A DNA stretch of 38,610 nucleotides from Olsenella sp. (GTDB lineage: Bacteria > Actinomycetota > Coriobacteriia > Coriobacteriales > Atopobiaceae), in assembly GCA_017941585.1 (NCBI GenBank), contig JAGAWD010000174.1, positions 1 to 38,610 of the forward strand. Reading direction: 5' to 3'. Both the position numbers and the translations under genes were made by a program. This document shows positions 36,161 to 38,610 of this stretch, piece after piece (position 1 is the first letter of the stretch; each line of letters begins with the position of its first letter). The notes under the pieces are model-generated. The model was given only the letters and a program-made list of their open reading frames with translations. It was not told the origin of the DNA and made no database searches.

Positions 36161-38610
36161 CTACCTGTTCCTACCGTGGCAGTTCTTGAACTTCTTGCCG
36201 CTACCGCACGGACAGGGGTCGTTTCTGCCCACACCAACGTACGGATCGGGGTCATCGGACTTACGATACGTGGAAGGCTTTGCGGGCGCGGGGTTCCTAC
36301 CGGACGTCTGCGGCGCGCGAGAAACGCGAGCCTGCTGCCTCGCGACACTCTGCGTCTGGTCGCCGTCGACCTCAGCTGGGCCAGAGTACTTGGCGCCACG
36401 CAGCTCGGCGACCTCCTCGTCATCCTGCGGCTGCGGAGGGGCAACGGCTATCTCGATGCGGAGTATGGTCTGAAGGAAGTCCTCGTACATCGTATTGACC
36501 AGCTCTGTGAAGGCGGCGTAGGCCTCGGTCTTGTACTCGACCAGGGGGTCACGCTGACCGAACCCACGCAGTCCGATACCAGTCTTGAGGTAGTCCATCT
36601 CCTGCAAGTAGCTCATCCAACGGGTGTCGATGACGCGCAGCATGACCTGCGTGGAGAGCTCGTGCATGATCTCGTCGGAGAGCCGCTCCGACTTCTCGCG
36701 ATAACACCTGGTAACAAACTCGTTCACGGACTCCACGATATCGTCGTGGCCGGCATCCTCCGCAAACTCCGGCAGGTCGCTCCTGCCCGTAAGGTCGGCG
36801 ACCCACTTCCTGAGCCCCGAGACATCCCACTCATCGGGATCGATTCCCTCAGAGCAGTACTCGCTCACTCTGCGCTCGACCGTATCGGCCGTGACGCCCT
36901 CGATGTGGTCGACGAGATCCTTGCCGTCAAGAATCTTGTTCCGCTCCTCGTAGATGACCTGACGCTGCTTGTTCATGACGTCGTCGTAGTCGAGAACGTT
37001 CTTTCGCATCGCGAAGTTGATCTCCTCGACCTTGTGCTGCGCGCTCTCTACCGCCTTGGTGACCATCTTGGCCTGAATCGGCATGTCGGCCGGCATGTCG
37101 TACCTGACCATCATCTGGGCGATTTTGTCCATCCTGTCGCCACCAAAGAGACGCATGAGATCATCGTCAAGCGAGAGGTAGAACTGGGTCTCGCCGGGAT
37201 CACCCTGACGACCGGAGCGGCCTCGGAGCTGGTTGTCGATGCGGCGGCTCTCGTGACGCTCGGTGCCAATGACGCAGAGGCCGCCGGCATCGATGACATG
37301 CTCCTTCTCCACCGCACAGACCTCCTGCGCCTTCGCGAGGTAGGATTCGCGCTGCTCCTTGGTGACCTCCTCGAGTTCGAGGCCGTCGGCGAGCATGAAG
37401 TCGTTGGCAAGAACGTCAGGGTTGCCGCCGAGAAGGATGTCGGTTCCACGACCGGCCATGTTGGTGGCAATCGTGACCGCGCCCTCTCGACCGGCCTGCG
37501 CAACAATCTGCGCCTCGCGCTCGTGGAACTTTGCGTTCAGAACCTCGTGCGCAATGCCACGCTTGTCGAGGATGCGAGAGAGCCTGTCGGAGCTCTCGAT
37601 GGAGACGGTGCCAACGAGGACGGGCTGGCCCTTCTCGTGACGAGCCGCAACGTCGTCGGCAACTGCGTTGAACTTCGCATCTATAGACTGATAGACCAAG
37701 TCGTCGTGATCCACGCGAATCACAGGCTTGTTTGGCGGGATTGCCTGCACGGGCAGGTTGTAAATCTCGCGGAACTCCGCGTCCTCGGTCATGGCGGTGC
37801 CGGTCATGCCGCTGAGCTTCTCGTAGAGACGGAAGTAGTTCTGCAGCGTGATGGTGGCGAGCGTCTGGTTTTCCTCGCGAACGTAGACGCCTTCCTTCGC
37901 CTCGATGGCTTGGTGAAGACCCTCGGAATAGCGCCTGCCCTCCATGATGCGTCCCGTGAACTCGTCGACGATCTTGACTTCGCCGTCCATCACGACGTAC
38001 TGCTGGTCACGGTGGAACATGTACTGGGCCTTGAGGGCTTGCTGCAAATGGTTGACGAGCTGGCCGCTCATGTCGGCGTAGATGTCGTCGATGCCGAGCG
38101 AGGCCTCGATCTTCTTGAGGCCGACGTCGGTGGCCGAGATCGTATGCTTCGCCTCGTCCATCTCGAAGTCGACCTCAGGCGTGAGACCACGCACGGCGCG
38201 CGCGAAGTCCTTGTAGGTGCTGGCTGATTTGGTGCCGGCGCCGGAGATGATAAGAGGCGTCCTCGCCTCGTCAATCAAAATCGAGTCAACCTCGTCGACG
38301 ATGGCAAAATGATGACCGCGCTGCACGCGCATGTTTGCCCTACCGACCATGTTGTCGCGAAGATAGTCGAAGCCGAACTCAGAGTTCGTGCCATAGGTAA
38401 CGTCCGCGGCATAGGCGGGCTTCTTGAGGCTGAGCTTCATGCCGTTCTGCAGAAGGCCGACGCTCATCCCCATGAAGCGGTAAATCTGCCCCATCCACTC
38501 GCTGTCTCGCTTTGCAAGGTAATCGTTAACGGTAACGATGTGAACGCCCTCACCCGAGATCGCGTTGAGGTACCCCGCCAATGTTGAGACGAGCGTCTTT
38601 CCCTCGCCAG
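36161..38610 (-). CDS. secA: Preprotein translocase SecA (5' end outside the window)
   Basis: GEGKT at the window edge, VTVNDYLAKRD, DEVDSILIDEARTPLIISG, NMAGRGTDI, QLRGRSGRQGDPG and C-terminal SEC-C motif RNDPCPCGSGKKFKNCH. Confidence 0.98.
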   Translation of the reverse strand, partial: GEGKTLVSTLAGYLNAISGEGVHIVTVNDYLAKRDSEWMGQIYRFMGMSVGLLQNGMKLSLKKPAYAADVTYGTNSEFGFDYLRDNMVGRANMRVQRGHHFAIVDEVDSILIDEARTPLIISGAGTKSASTYKDFARAVRGLTPEVDFEMDEAKHTISATDVGLKKIEASLGIDDIYADMSGQLVNHLQQALKAQYMFHRDQQYVVMDGEVKIVDEFTGRIMEGRRYSEGLHQAIEAKEGVYVREENQTLATITLQNYFRLYEKLSGMTGTAMTEDAEFREIYNLPVQAIPPNKPVIRVDHDDLVYQSIDAKFNAVADDVAARHEKGQPVLVGTVSIESSDRLSRILDKRGIAHEVLNAKFHEREAQIVAQAGREGAVTIATNMAGRGTDILLGGNPDVLANDFMLADGLELEEVTKEQRESYLAKAQEVCAVEKEHVIDAGGLCVIGTERHESRRIDNQLRGRSGRQGDPGETQFYLSLDDDLMRLFGGDRMDKIAQMMVRYDMPADMPIQAKMVTKAVESAQHKVEEINFAMRKNVLDYDDVMNKQRQVIYEERNKILDGKDLVDHIEGVTADTVERRVSEYCSEGIDPDEWDVSGLRKWVADLTGRSDLPEFAEDAGHDDIVESVNEFVTRCYREKSERLSDEIMHELSTQVMLRVIDTRWMSYLQEMDYLKTGIGLRGFGQRDPLVEYKTEAYAAFTELVNTMYEDFLQTILRIEIAVAPPQPQDDEEVAELRGAKYSGPAEVDGDQTQSVARQQARVSRAPQTSGRNPAPAKPSTYRKSDDPDPYVGVGRNDPCPCGSGKKFKNCHGRNR

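Noticed and set aside
35714-38227. 837-aa plus-strand ORF
   Set aside because: Antisense shadow of secA/prfB.

Overview
High-GC bacterial chromosome segment, mostly minus-strand. Gene content and order suggest Actinomycetota, probably Coriobacteriia (Olsenella/Atopobiaceae-like); this is an inference. The housekeeping backbone, in transcription order, is secA (5'-truncated)-prfB-yitT-family gene; PTS IIA/IIB; transaldolase; ftsEX-rnr-TPR gene-smpB-flavin reductase-rubredoxin-YoaK-family gene-tmRNA; rplM-rpsI; glmM; glmS-acpS-nnr-alr-udg-tsaE; a lipoprotein; a TsaB-RimI-TsaD triple fusion; and a polar amino-acid ABC transporter. Between the tmRNA 3' end and rplM (about 15.9-23.8 kb) lies an accessory-looking block. 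It holds a patatin, a membrane protein combining an ECF S-component-like region with HAMP, PP2C phosphatase and RsbW-like kinase domains, a CmpB/TMEM229-like membrane protein with an apparent 5' frameshift, a purine nucleoside phosphorylase carrying a lipoprotein signal, and two convergent 125-aa VOC-like paralogs. Other oddities are an RF2 with SPT in place of SPF alongside strong UAG stop usage, FtsE with a ~130-aa N-terminal tail, PTS IIA/IIB without IIC, LacI-like operators at glmS, and an L13-leader-like hairpin. No CRISPR, integrase or transposase was seen. All family assignments were made by eye from motifs, without database searches.
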